From: Octopus sinensis
Lineage: Eukaryota
Assembly (NCBI RefSeq): GCF_006345805.1
Contig: NC_043019.1
Location: 10,849,360 to 10,913,359 of the forward strand
DNA length: 64,000 nt
Direction: 5' to 3'
Each line of letters starts with the position of its first letter. Positions within the stretch are counted from its first letter, which is position 1. Both the position numbers and the translations under genes were made by a program. The notes beneath the pieces were generated by a model. That model was given only the letters and a program-made list of their open reading frames with translations. It did no database searches and was not told the DNA's origin. This document shows, piece after piece, positions 48,961-61,405 of this stretch.

Positions 48961-51864
48961 TTTACCTCTAATACTATCAACCAAACTAGAATTTAAACAG
49001 GTATGAATGTCACAAATTCATATAAGATGACAATAATAGAAGCCACACACAAACCCCCACCTCTCTCACCACTCTTTCAAATACTTTTATGTGGATTAGT
49101 TCAGGTTTAGACCTTTAAATAGTAACATTGAAAAAGAAACAAACAAGAAATCTTTTGTATACTAATAAGATTTGTATAGACTGAATATTGTTCTAGTCAT
49201 GGGCGTTGATATATTTGGATGTAGGACACGTGAAAATACACACATACACACACACAGATACACAATATATTCATATGCACACACATCATACATTGTAAGA
49301 CATTTACACAGAGCTATACAGGTAGTTCCCTGTGAACACAAATCTGTTATATGCTTATATAATTAGCTGAATTGGTATCATAGAGTATGAATGGTAGGAA
49401 TGAATGGATAAAATAATAAATAATAATAATAATAGAATTATTGTATACAGTGCTCAGGTGCACCACAACTTGTCAGAAAGTGCATATAAAGTACATGCAG
49501 TAATGTAGAAATGTCTGGAAAGCGAACAATGTATGAGTCAGATACATGCTTGTGTGTGTGTATGGAGGGGAGAAAATCAGGTGTAGTGTTGGCGAATCTC
49601 TCAGGAAGCATGGAAGCTTTGAAGGATGCAGTGCTCCGACAACTAACAACTGATGCCGGCAGTTTGTTCCATGCTTCAGCAACTCTCAGCGCGAAAAAAT
49701 GTTTCCTAAAGTCATGGGAGCTGTGCTGTTCTGGTTTCTGACTTTGTAAATATGTCCACGGGTGTAGGTGTACATGTGTGTGAGTGTGTAATGCATGTGT
49801 TTTTGTATGTGTGTGTGTGTGTGTGTGTGTATGCCCACGTGTGTGTGTGTGTGTGCATGTGAGTATGAATGTGTATATTTGTTCTTTAGACTTTTCAGTT
49901 ATCAAGGCTTAGACCCTATTGGAGTGATGCACAACAAATACATAGTGAAAAGTTCATATATGCACACGCACACACGCAAACCCACATCTATATGTGTGCC
50001 TTGCCCCGGGCCCTTAATTTCTGATTAGCATAGCAAGGGTGCCATCATAGCATATAATGTACTTTTAGGCTATAGTAGAAGACACTTGCCCAAGAAGCCA
50101 CAGAATGTGACTGAACCCAGTATCATGTGGTTGAGAAGCAAGCTTCTTATTTCTTTATTGCCCACAAGGGGCTAAACATAGGGGGGACAAACAAAAGGAT
50201 TAAGTCGATTACATCGACCCCAGTGCATAACTGGTACTTAATTTATCGACCCCGAAAGGATGAAAGGCAAAGCTGACCTCGGCGGAATTTGAACTCAGAA
50301 CGTAACGGCAGACGAAATACCTATTTCTTTAGTACCCACAAGGGGCTAAACATAGAGGGGACAAACAAGGACAGACAAAGGGATTAAGTCGATTACATCG
50401 ACCCCAGTGCGTAACTGGTAATTAATTTATCGACCCCGAAAGGATGAAAGGCAAAGTCGACCTCGGCAGAATTTGAACTCAGAACGTAACAGCAGATGAA
50501 ATACTGCTTAGCATTTCGCCCGGCATGCTAACGATTCTGCCAGCTCACCGCCCTTCTTACCACACAGCCACACCTGTGAGGTAATCTTTAACCCCTTAGC
50601 ATTGAGATTACTCTGTCAAATGTAAATCTTATAAATTTACATTGTTTTGAATTAATCCTGCATTATCTCATAACTTTGAGAGCTCAATAACATCATTGTT
50701 TATTTATTGAATGATATTGTAGGGTAAGTGTGAGAGGCCTGATCTGGCCAATTTCAGTATAAAATAGGTAGAATATTTGGTATAGATGCCCACTCAAAGA
50801 CAATTTGTTTCTTTTCTTCAGGCAGCAAATTGGCAGAATTGTTAACACATCAGGCTAAATGCTTAGCGGCATTTCGTCTGTCTCCACAGTCTGATTTCAA
50901 ATTCTGCCAAGGTTGACCTTGCCTTTCATCCTTTCAGGGTTGATAAAATAAGTACCAGTTGAGCACTGGGGTCAATGTAATCAAGTTCTTCCCCTCCCCT
51001 AAAATTGCTGGCCTTGTACCAAAATTTGAAAACAATGTTTGTGACAGATATGGATGATGATATGACTGGTTTTTTTTTAGAATGACATTGTAGGGCATGT
51101 TTGAAAGGCCAGATAAGGCCAGATTGAACATAACAGTCTAATCCTTTAACATTCAGATTGGTCTGTTAAATGTAATGCCTATTTATTCACATTGTTTCGA
51201 ATTAATCATAATCTATCTCAGCATAGGAGTGGCTGTGTGGTATGTAGCTTGCTTACCAACCACATGGCTCCGGGTTCAGTCCCACTGGGGAAGTGTCTTC
51301 TACTAAAGCCTCAGGCCGACCAAAGCCTTGTGAGTAGATTTGGTAGATGGAAACTGAAAGAAGCCTGTCATAATATGTGTGTGTGTATATATATATATAT
51401 ATATAATATATATATATATATAATATATATATATGTATGTGCGTGTGTATATGTTTGTGTTCTGTGTTTGTCCCCCCCCCCAACATCGCTTGACAACCGA
51501 TGCTGCTGTGTTTACGTCCTCGTAACCTAGCGGTTCGGCAAAAAAGACCGATAGAATAAGTACTGGGCTTACAAAGAATAAGTCCTGGGGTCGATTTGCT
51601 CGACAAAAGGCGGTGCTCCAGCATGGCCACAGTCAAATGACTGAAACAAGTAAAAGAGTATCTCATAGCTTCAAGATTTCAATGATGTGATTGGTTATTT
51701 TTTGAATGACATTGTAGGCTGGGTGTAAAAGGCCAGATCTAAAGAAAGGTAAAGGGTAAGGACCCCTTTTGGTCATGAGTGCCCATGAGATTACACCTTA
51801 GAAAGTTCCCCTCCGAGGCACAAATCTGGACAAGGTTGTTTATGGAAGACCAGTAGTTGCTGAT

Positions 51865-52006
51865 GCACACCAACCTCCCTTCTGCACACCAACCTCCCTT
51901 CTGCACACCAACCTCCCTTCTGCACACCAACCTCCCTTCTGCACACCAACCTCCCTTCTGCACACCAACCTCCCTTCTGCACACCAACCTCCCTTCTGCA
52001 CACCAC
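51865..52006. repeat. 19-bp minisatellite GCACACCAACCTCCCTTCT x7 inside SINE A
   Basis: Exact copies starting at 51865, 51884, 51903, 51922, 51941, 51960, 51979. Confidence 0.95.
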
Positions 52007-55000
52007 AGATGTTATCCAAAGGAAAGGCAAAGGCTGACACAGCTTGGCACCTGTGACACTGCAACACATTTCTACAGCTGAGTGAACGAGATCAATGTGA
52101 AAGTTCCTTCTTGAGCCATGTCTGGCTCATAAGGGCCGGTTTCCCGGTTTCTTGGCGTAGAGGTTCCCCACCTGGACGGGATGCCGGTCCGTCGCAGGTG
52201 AGCTGCAAGATGCAGGAGGAAAGAGTGAGCGAAAGTTGTGGCGAAAGAGTCAGCAGAAGTTTCGCCATTACCTTCTGCCGGAGCCGCGTGGAGCTTAGGT
52301 GTTTCACTCATAAACACACACATCGCCCGGTCTGAGATTTGAGCCCGCGATCCCTCGACCGCGAGTCCGCTGCTCTAACCACTAGGCCATGTGCCGCCAC
52401 ATCAATGTGAAATAAAGTGTCTTGCTCAAGAACACAACACATAGCCCAGTCAGGGATGTAGCTAGTCTGAATATAAAACAAGTAAAATATTTGAGCTAGA
52501 TATGTTTGGTTTAAATGCTAAAGTGTTAAATACCAAAGGACCAAAGCCTACTTATGTGAATTTGAATAATTTTCTTTCTTTCTCTCTCTCATTCACTCAA
52601 AAACAAAAGAACAAATTTCTTTATGATTTACTTTGTATAACATACAGAACTACCTGTGGAGCATAATATATTGGTAGAAATATTTGTTTGTGTTGTGGCC
52701 TAGTTTATGAATGAACAATAAACTCTTAAGGCCTGCTACTAGAAAAAGGTTCTCCAAAACCTAGTCTAGAAGTGAGTGAGAAGAATTGTTTGTGTGTGAG
52801 ATAAAAGTGTCTTCTATTAGAGCCATATCCTCGAAGGATATGGCTCTAGTAGAAGACACTTGCCCAAGGTGCCATGCAGTGGGACTGAACCCGGAACCAT
52901 GTGGTTGGTAAGCAAGCTGCTTACCACACAGCCACTCAATAAAAATAATAATAATATATTTAAATATACAACATTTAATACACCAATATTTAGGTGTATT
53001 TTGTTACTATCTTGGTTTTCCTCCGCAACATTAATTAACATCACATTTTAGATGCAGTCATAGCTGCAAGGTTAAGAAATTTATTTTGCAACTGCAATTC
53101 TGAACATGTTCCTACTACACCTGGGTCAGGCTGACCCAATCCATCAGAATACATCTGGGTCAGACAGAAACTGTGTGAAAGCCTGTCCCATGGGTCGTAG
53201 AACATTTTGGATAATGAACTTATTCCAACACCCAATGTAACATCGTCGCTGCTACCACCAGGCAGGCCCTTTGGTGGGTGCTTTTAGCAGGGTGCACTAG
53301 AAATTCCATCTGAGGTTAATAACCTGATATGTCACCCCAACCCCTCCTATGGGAACCCACAAATCATAGCTTCTTACTTTTTTATTTTTTTCACCTGTCT
53401 TATGCCCTGCAAAAATATAGAGGAGGTTGCTAAGATGAAAAGTATCTGTCTACATCAACAGTCAAATTATAGGTTAGAAATTATTATTATTCATCATCAT
53501 CATCATCATCATCGTTTAGCGTCCGTTTTCCATGCTAGCATGGGTTGGACGGTTCAACTGGGGTCTGTGAAGCCAGAAGGCTTCATCAGGCCCAGCCAGA
53601 TCTGGCAGTGTTTCTATGGCTGGATGCCCTTCCCAACGCCAACCACTCCGTGAGTGTAGTGGGTGCTTTTTACGTGCCACCCGCACAGGTGCCAGACAGA
53701 GCTGGCAAACGGCCACGAACGGATGGTGCTTTTTATGTGCCACCGGCACGGGGGCCAGGCGAGGCTGGCAACGGACACGAACAGATGGTGCTTTTTACGT
53801 GCCACCGGCACGAGGCCAGTTGGGGCGGCGCTGGCAACGGTCGCAAACGGATGGTTCTCTTACATGCCACCGGCACTGGTAACACATCTGCAATTTCCAT
53901 TGATCGATTTCGATTCTGATCCTCACTTGCTTCAACAGGTCTTCACAAGTAGAGTTTTGTGTCCCAAGAAGGGAAGGTATGCATACGTAGGCTGGCTCCA
54001 TCCCATGTAGAAGGCCACGGGTTATGGACTCACTTGTCCTGCTGGGTCTTGTGCAAGATTTTTTATGTGAAGTCGTGTGTTGAAACAGACATTGTTGTAT
54101 TTCAGAATGGTCATTATTGGCTAAACTGGCAAAATGACTATTCCGAAATACAACAATATTATTATTATATTATTATTATGTTAAGGTGGCAAGCTAGCAG
54201 AATCACTAATGTGTTGGATGAAATGCTTAGCAGAATTTTGCCTGCCGCTACGTTCTGAGTTCAAATTCTGCCAAGGTCAACTTTACATTTCATCCTTTCG
54301 GGGTCGATAAAATAAGTACCAGTGAAATATTGGGGTCGGTGTAATTAACTTGTCCCTTAACACCAAATCATCATCATCATCATCGTTTAACGTCCGCTTT
54401 CCATGCTAGCATAGGTTGGACGATTTGACTGAGGGCTGGCAAACCAGATGGCTGCACCAGGCTCCAATATTGATCTGGCAGAGTTTCTACAGCTGGATGC
54501 CTTTCCTAACGCCAACCACTCCGAGAGTGTAGTGGGTGCTTTTAACATGCCGCTGGCACAGGGGCCAGTCAGGCGGTACTGGCAATGACCTGGCTCAAAT
54601 GTTTTTACATGTGCCACTGGCACAAGTGCCAGTAAGGCGACGCTGGTAACGATCACGCTTGAATGGTGCCTTTTACATGCCACCAGCACAGAAGCCAGTT
54701 AGCCGCTCTGGCAATGATCATGCTTGGATGGTACTACTAGCATGGGGCACATGTGCCAGTAAGGTGACGCGTTCTGAGTTCAAATTCCGCTGAAGTCAAC
54801 TTTACTTTCATCCTTTTGGGGTTGATAAAGTAAGTACCAGTTGAACATTTAGTTTGATGTAATCGACTCATCCCAGCCTCCAAAATTGCTGCACTTGTGG
54901 GAAAATTTGCAACCATTATTATTATTATGATGAGCTGGCAGAATTTTTAGTGTATCAAACAAAACGCTGAGCAGTATTTTTTTTCCATACTTCATGTTCT

Positions 55001-55380
55001 GGGGCCACTGCCTATGAAAACCTGTCTAGCCCATATCTGGCATGGAAACACATGTGCAAAACTTTGATGCATAATAATGTGAAATGCATTATCAGTAGCT
55101 GACATGTGCAGATATCATACAAGCCATCTTTGCAATGACATTCCTTGAATACCTCACTGTATCTTGCAAGACATCTGCATGCATATGCACCTGCATACAA
55201 CTGTCTATGAATGCTGTCCCTTACTGTTAGACTGTGTACCTCACTAACAGCAAACATCTTCACAGCTAAATCACACATTATCTTGTGACTGTCATCATGC
55301 ATTCCAGGCAATGTACTCAGGTCCCCAATATCTGCCTCACCCCACAATAAACCCAGTGAAAATCCCCAACAATATGAGGG

Positions 55381-55451
55381 GTCTCTTAGCTTCATGGTAG
55401 AGCATTCAGTTGGAATTTGAAAGGCACAGGGTTCGATTCCCTGTAGAGGCA
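55381..55451 (+). tRNA. tRNA-like gene or pseudogene, anticodon GGA, short variable loop
   Basis: Cloverleaf: D stem GCTT/GAGC, anticodon stem TTCAG/TTGAA with loop TTGGAAT, T stem CAGGG/CCCTG with loop TTCGATT, 6-bp acceptor stem. T9 run at 55462-55470. Confidence 0.6.
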
Positions 55452-55719
55452 TGCTTGTTGCTTTTTTTTTATGGTGCAGGCATGTGGTAAGAAGCTTGCT
55501 TCCCAACCACATGATTCTGGGTTCAGTCCCACTGCATGGCACTTCGGGCGAGTATCTTCTACTATAGCCTCAGGCTAACCAAAGCCTTGTGAGTGAATTT
55601 GGTAGACAGAAGTATATACATATATATATAGGGAGAATTCACGAAAAAAACAAAAGATGAAGACAGGTGGTGTAGAAAACAAACAGATGTATTAATATCA
55701 CGCTGGGGAATTGAAAAAG

Positions 55720-55757
55720 TCTTTAACATTTCGAGCCTATGCTCTTCTACAGAAAGA
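55720..55757 (-). ncRNA. Degenerate minimal hammerhead-like motif in a (TA)n insert
   Basis: Minus strand TCTTT-CTGTAGA-AGAGC-ATAG-GCTC-GAAAT-GTT|AAAGA. Stems I and II pair, with two core deviations. Confidence 0.4.
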
Positions 55758-57232
55758 AACAAGGAGAGAAAGAAAAATGTGTGTAGTGGCTACCGATCTA
55801 TCATGGCATGGTGTGCATGTGTGTGTGTGTCTGTCTGTCTTTGTCTCCAACCACTGCTTGACAGCTGATGGTGTGATTATGTTTCCGTACCTAGCGGTTC
55901 GGCAAAAGAACTGATAGAATAAGTACTAGACTTAAAAAAAAGAAAAGTACTGGGGTTGATTTTTTCGACTAAAACCCTTCAAGGTGGTGCCCCAGCATGG
56001 TTGCAGTCAAATGACTGAAACAAATAAAAGATTGCCCCCTGAAATGAAATTTCAGGCCTTGTGCCAATAATAGAAAGGATTATTATTATTATCATTATTA
56101 TTATTATTATTGAGTGGAATCTGGTAGGTGGAAACTACATGAAGGCCCATAGGTGTGTGTGTGTGTGCATACATTTATGTGTGTGCCTATAACATCTGCA
56201 GATGTATCAGAAGAATATAAGCATTGGTGAAACAAGCTAATGATGCCTTCTTCCATGCAGGTGGTTTGATAGGAGCCAGTCAGCCAGGCAGAAACCTGCA
56301 CCAGACTCCTGCAACTGTTTTGGCAGGATTTTCACAGCTGGATGCCCTTCCTAACACCAACCACTCAGCAGAAAAATCTCCCAGCTGTAACCTGGACAGG
56401 AGGGTCAACTTACACTAAGCTCTTTCTGTGAGGAATCCTGAGTGATTAATTTTACTCTTAATCCACCTGAAGAAATGGTTTCTTTGCATGATGTAACACT
56501 TTGTTCATCAACAAAGAACACGTCTGAAATAGCTGCAGTGAACCTCAACCCATCCGTGGGATTGTTTATTCTTCCCCTAACTCGAAACCTTCCATGCTTT
56601 GGATCTGGAGCCTATAGTTGACTGTGGGATACATGCCATGAGTGTACACCTGTGTGACTTTGAATACACGCTGTGTACTCAGTTAGTGCTTGTGAATGTG
56701 TGCATAACTGGAATGACAAATCCATATTTATTTTAGTAAGTATGTATATGTCAGTACACATTGTCAGTTCTCTGGTGTATTATCCCCGACTCTACCTTGG
56801 TGCCTTTTACTATTTAAATACCTGATTCCATAGGGCCCAGAAAATTGTATGCAAATACAAATGGAGCACCACCTTAAGGGGTTTTAGTCAAACAAATCGA
56901 TCCCAGAACTTATTCCTTGTAAGCCTAGCACTTATTCTATCGTGCCCTTTTGCCGAACTGCTAAGTCATGAGGATGTAAACACACCGACATAAGTTGTCA
57001 AGCGATGGTGGTGGTGGTGGGGACAAACAGACACAAACACATAAATAAATTATATATATATATATATATATACGATGGGCTTCTTTCAGTTTCCATCTCC
57101 AAATCCACTTACAAAGCTTTGGTCGGCCCAAGGCTTTAGTAAAAGACACTTGCCCAAGGTGCCATGCTGTGGGACTGAACCCAGAACTATGTGGTTGGGA
57201 AGCAAGCTTCTTATCATACAGCCACACGTGCA

Positions 57233-57275
<43 letters not shown>

Positions 57276-59223
57276 TATCTTTTACTTGTTGCAGCCATTT
57301 TTGACTGTGGCCATGCTGGGGTACCACCTTGAAGGGTTTTCAGTTGAACAAATCAACCCCAGGACTTTTTTTTTTAAAGCTTGGTACTTATTTTATCAGT
57401 TTTTTTTGCTGAACCGCTAATGTTAGGTTAAAGACGCCCTTCGGTCATGAATGACCATGGCATTGCACCTAGAAAGTTCCCCTCTGTGGCACAAGTCCAT
57501 GCAAAGTTGTTAATGGAAGACCAGAAGCCACCCATGCATACCAGCCTCCCCTCTCCACAACACCAAGGTTATCCAAGGGAAAAGCAAAGGGGCCAATACA
57601 ACTTGGCACCAGTGACATCACAACTCATTTCTACAGTTGAGTGAACTGGAGCAGAGTGAAATAAAGTGTCTTGCTCAAGAACACAACACACAGCCCGGTC
57701 CAGGAATCGAACTCACTACTTTATGATTGTGAGCCCGATGCTCTAACCACTGAGCCATGCACCTAAGTTATGGGGACGTAAACACACCAACACCAGTTGT
57801 GAAGCGGTGGTGGGGGACAAAGACACACACCCATAGATATATATATCCTTAAATCCTTAAAAATGTTTTAGCCCGAAGGCCGCGGCCATGCTGGGGCATT
57901 CTTTTATTTTTTTTCAGTCATTTGACTGTGGCCATGCTGGAGTACTACCTTTTGTCGAACAAATCAACTCCAGGACTTACTCTTTGCAAGCCTAGTAGTT
58001 ATTCTATCGGTCTCTTTTACCTAACCGCTAAGTTACGGGAGACATAAACACACCAACATCGGTTGTGAAGCGATTTTGAGCGGGGCGGGGGAGACCAACA
58101 CAAACACACACATATATATACACGACGGGCTTCTTGCAGTTTCCGTCTACGAAATCCACTCACGGGGCTTTGGTCAGTCCGAGGTTATAGTAGGAGACAC
58201 TTGCCCAAGGTGTCACGCAGTGGGACTGAACCATGATGTTGGTAAGCAAGCTACTTACCACGCAGCCACTCCTACGCCTACACAACTTTCAGTTTCCGTC
58301 TACCAAATTCATACACTATAACCCGAGGCTATAGTCGAAGACACTTGCTCAAAGTGTCACAATGGAACTTAACCCAGAACCATGTGGTTAGGAAGTAAGC
58401 TTCTTACCAGAGCCACGCCTGTGGCTATAAAGACACCCACACACATACACGCAGCCTTTTCCTTTCCATGACTTCGAAGGCCACCAGCTCTACAGCTATT
58501 CTGAAACACTTCCATCTTTCCAATCCTTTCACGATAGATAAAACAGAGTTAAAGTTCCAGTGAAATTACTAACGAATTTTCTCTCTTCAAAACGTCAGGT
58601 CTTGTGCCTATATTAGAGACAAGCTATTCATATTGAATGTACATAAATCACAGAGATAACATTAAATTAAGTGCTGCTGGATGAGAGCTGAGACCGGGCA
58701 GAACAACCTCGACGGAGCACTTGTAACATAATCCGAGACGAATCAGGCTTTTAACCGGTCCGTTAAGTTGTTACTGCGGTTATTGTGGTTGGGTCAACAA
58801 GGGCAGCTTAAGAAGGCTGTATGACAATATACTGACGGAAAGAAAAAGAGTGTGTGAGTGCGTACCCGTGTTTATGTGTATCTATGTGCATTTATATATG
58901 CATACGTGTGCATATGTACGTTTCTAATTATATATATATATATGCGGGTATGTATACGTGTGTATATATATATATATATATATATATGTAGGTCCCGGGT
59001 TGAGTCGGGGTTAACCAGAGTAAATAAGGTACTCAATACATAGCAGAGTAGATTAATATATATATATATATATATGCGGGTATGTATACGAATTTATAAG
59101 AATAAGCGTACGCGAGTATCAAGTGTGTACCCGTGTTTATGTGTATGTATGTATATGTACATTTGTGTGTGTATGTATGTGCATTTATATATGCATACGT
59201 GTGCATATGTGCGTTTATATATA

Positions 59224-59262
<39 letters not shown>

Positions 59263-60106
59263 TAGGGTATGTATACGAATATATAAGAATAAGCGTACGC
59301 GAGTATCGAGTGTGTGTGTGAATGTATGTATATTTATATCCGAGTGTGAATGAGTGAGAGTGGGGTTAGAGTGAAAGTATATTGTTACCAAAATAGTCTG
59401 TATTGAAAAAAAAAATCTATGAAATTTTATGCTCATTATGTATAATTACACACTATTTGATTGCTAATTCTGTTAAAAACACCAGCGAAATATTCTTCCA
59501 GTTATAACCCTACCGTCTCGAAAGAAGACACATTGTAATAATGTATTCCTTGTTAGACAATGTCCGCTAGAAGGACAGACAGGGTGGTCATAGGTGGAAT
59601 GCCTTTGACCAGTTTTGTTTCGAAAGAGATGACCTCGGAACTAAAGAATCGCATACATAAAAACACCTACACACAAACACACACGTGTGGAAGAGCGCAT
59701 CTATCTATCTATCTATCTATCTATCTGTCTATGAAATATTTAAACAATATATTTGTTATCCATGCCACGCAAATGAGCTATATTAATTAAATCTAATTAA
59801 CAGTTTGTTGCGGAAATAAACTCACATAACATCAGGGAATAGCCCAACTCTGTCGCAAATTAAGGGAACCAGAAGAAAATAGATGTGGAGCAATAATACC
59901 TTTTTTTTTTTCCTTCACAAAAGAGATTAGCGAATATGAATTAAGTTGTCAAAGGGTGCTTTTTTGGCAAATTTGTGTAGGTGTATATATTTTTAATTAA
60001 TGGGTCTTAATAAACCGCTAATAAGTAGATACCTTTGGTTAATAACAATAAAGTAACCAGACTTTTTTTTCTATTATCATTATCACGAAAACCATATGAA
60101 ATTACG

Positions 60107-60138
<32 letters not shown>

Positions 60139-60335
60139 GCTAGCTACTCATATATACATCACACACACACACACACATATATATAATTACACAGACATAT
60201 ATGTATAATTAATATGGTATTTACTGAACAATACGTGCACGTAGAAAGACTGGAAATATATATATACATACATAGATAACCAAAGCAAAAAGGCGAAATT
60301 TGGAGGACACGAATGTTCCGTAGAACTTAACTTAC

Positions 60336-60393
60336 CCCCTAAACCGATAGCTCCTTCTTTGAACCAGTGGCTACGCGCTTCATTGTGGGTCAT
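60336..60393 (-). CDS. SLC25 mitochondrial carrier, exon 1 (MTHNEARSHWFKEGAIGLG)
   Basis: ATG at 60393 and G|GTAAG donor, phase 1. Joins exon 2 to give LGVGVLYG (helix 1). Lies in CpG-rich sequence. Confidence 0.8.
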
Positions 60394-60790
60394 GGTGATG
60401 TGCGTTCGAAGCCGGTTAGCGCTCCGCTGAGATATTTCAATCAAGCAGAATAATAATAATAATAGAGAAAAGCAGGAGACACCCAGATACGTAGAAATCA
60501 CCTTCCTATTCGGGTATCATGATCTGAGTATTCCGAAGACGTGCGTTGGTTCTTCTATCACACGGCAAGTCTCGTTCATCTCTTCCTTCTCTCTCTCTCT
60601 CTCTTTGCTTATTCCCTCATCACTCACTCACTCGTTCCCCCTCACCCTCTCGTTCGTTCTTTTCTTTTCTTTTCTTTCCTTTCCTTTCCTTTCCTTTCCT
60701 CGGCTTTGCCTTTCTTTGTACAAGTCTGTTTCAGAAAACTGCTGCTTTCGTTTCGAAGACAGCGCAAACGGATAGAGAGACTGAGGTAGT
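60394..60790. promoter_or_regulatory. CpG-rich promoter/5' UTR region of the SLC25 gene
   Basis: Dense CpG in unique sequence immediately upstream of the ATG. The TSS was not determined. Confidence 0.5.
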
Positions 60791-60935
60791 ATATATATAT
60801 ATATATATAGCTCTGTCTATCTATATATATCTATCTATATATATATATCTATCTATCTATCTATATCTATCTATATATCTATCTATCTATCTATCTATCT
60901 CTATATATATCTATCTATATATATCTATCTATATA

Positions 60936-60986
<51 letters not shown>

Positions 60987-61035
60987 ATATATATACAGCT
61001 ATGTCTATTTATCTATAGATAGAGAGAGAGATATA
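60790..61035. repeat. (TA)n/(TATC)n microsatellite
   Basis: Read directly from the sequence. Confidence 0.9.
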
Positions 61036-61339
61036 TTTTTAGTAAATGTATATATCTTCTCTGTTAGAGCGAAAACGAACATTATTTTTAATGAAAGAAT
61101 GTGAAATTTATATTTATAGCACCAAATTTATTTTCAATTTTACGACTCGAAAATACAGACATATATATATATATATTTCTTTACTACCCACAAGGGGCTA
61201 AACATAGAGGGGACAAACAAGGACAGACAAAGGGATTAAGTCGATTACATCGACCCCAGTGCGAAATTGGTACTTTACTTATCGACCCCGAAAGGATGAA
61301 AGGCAAAGTCGACCTCGGCGGAATTTGAACTCACAACGT

Positions 61340-61405
<66 letters not shown>

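Noticed and set aside
55012-55542. 176-aa ORF on the minus strand
   Set aside because: It spans a SINE head, the antisense tRNA-like element and CpG-decayed sequence, with no recognisable domain.
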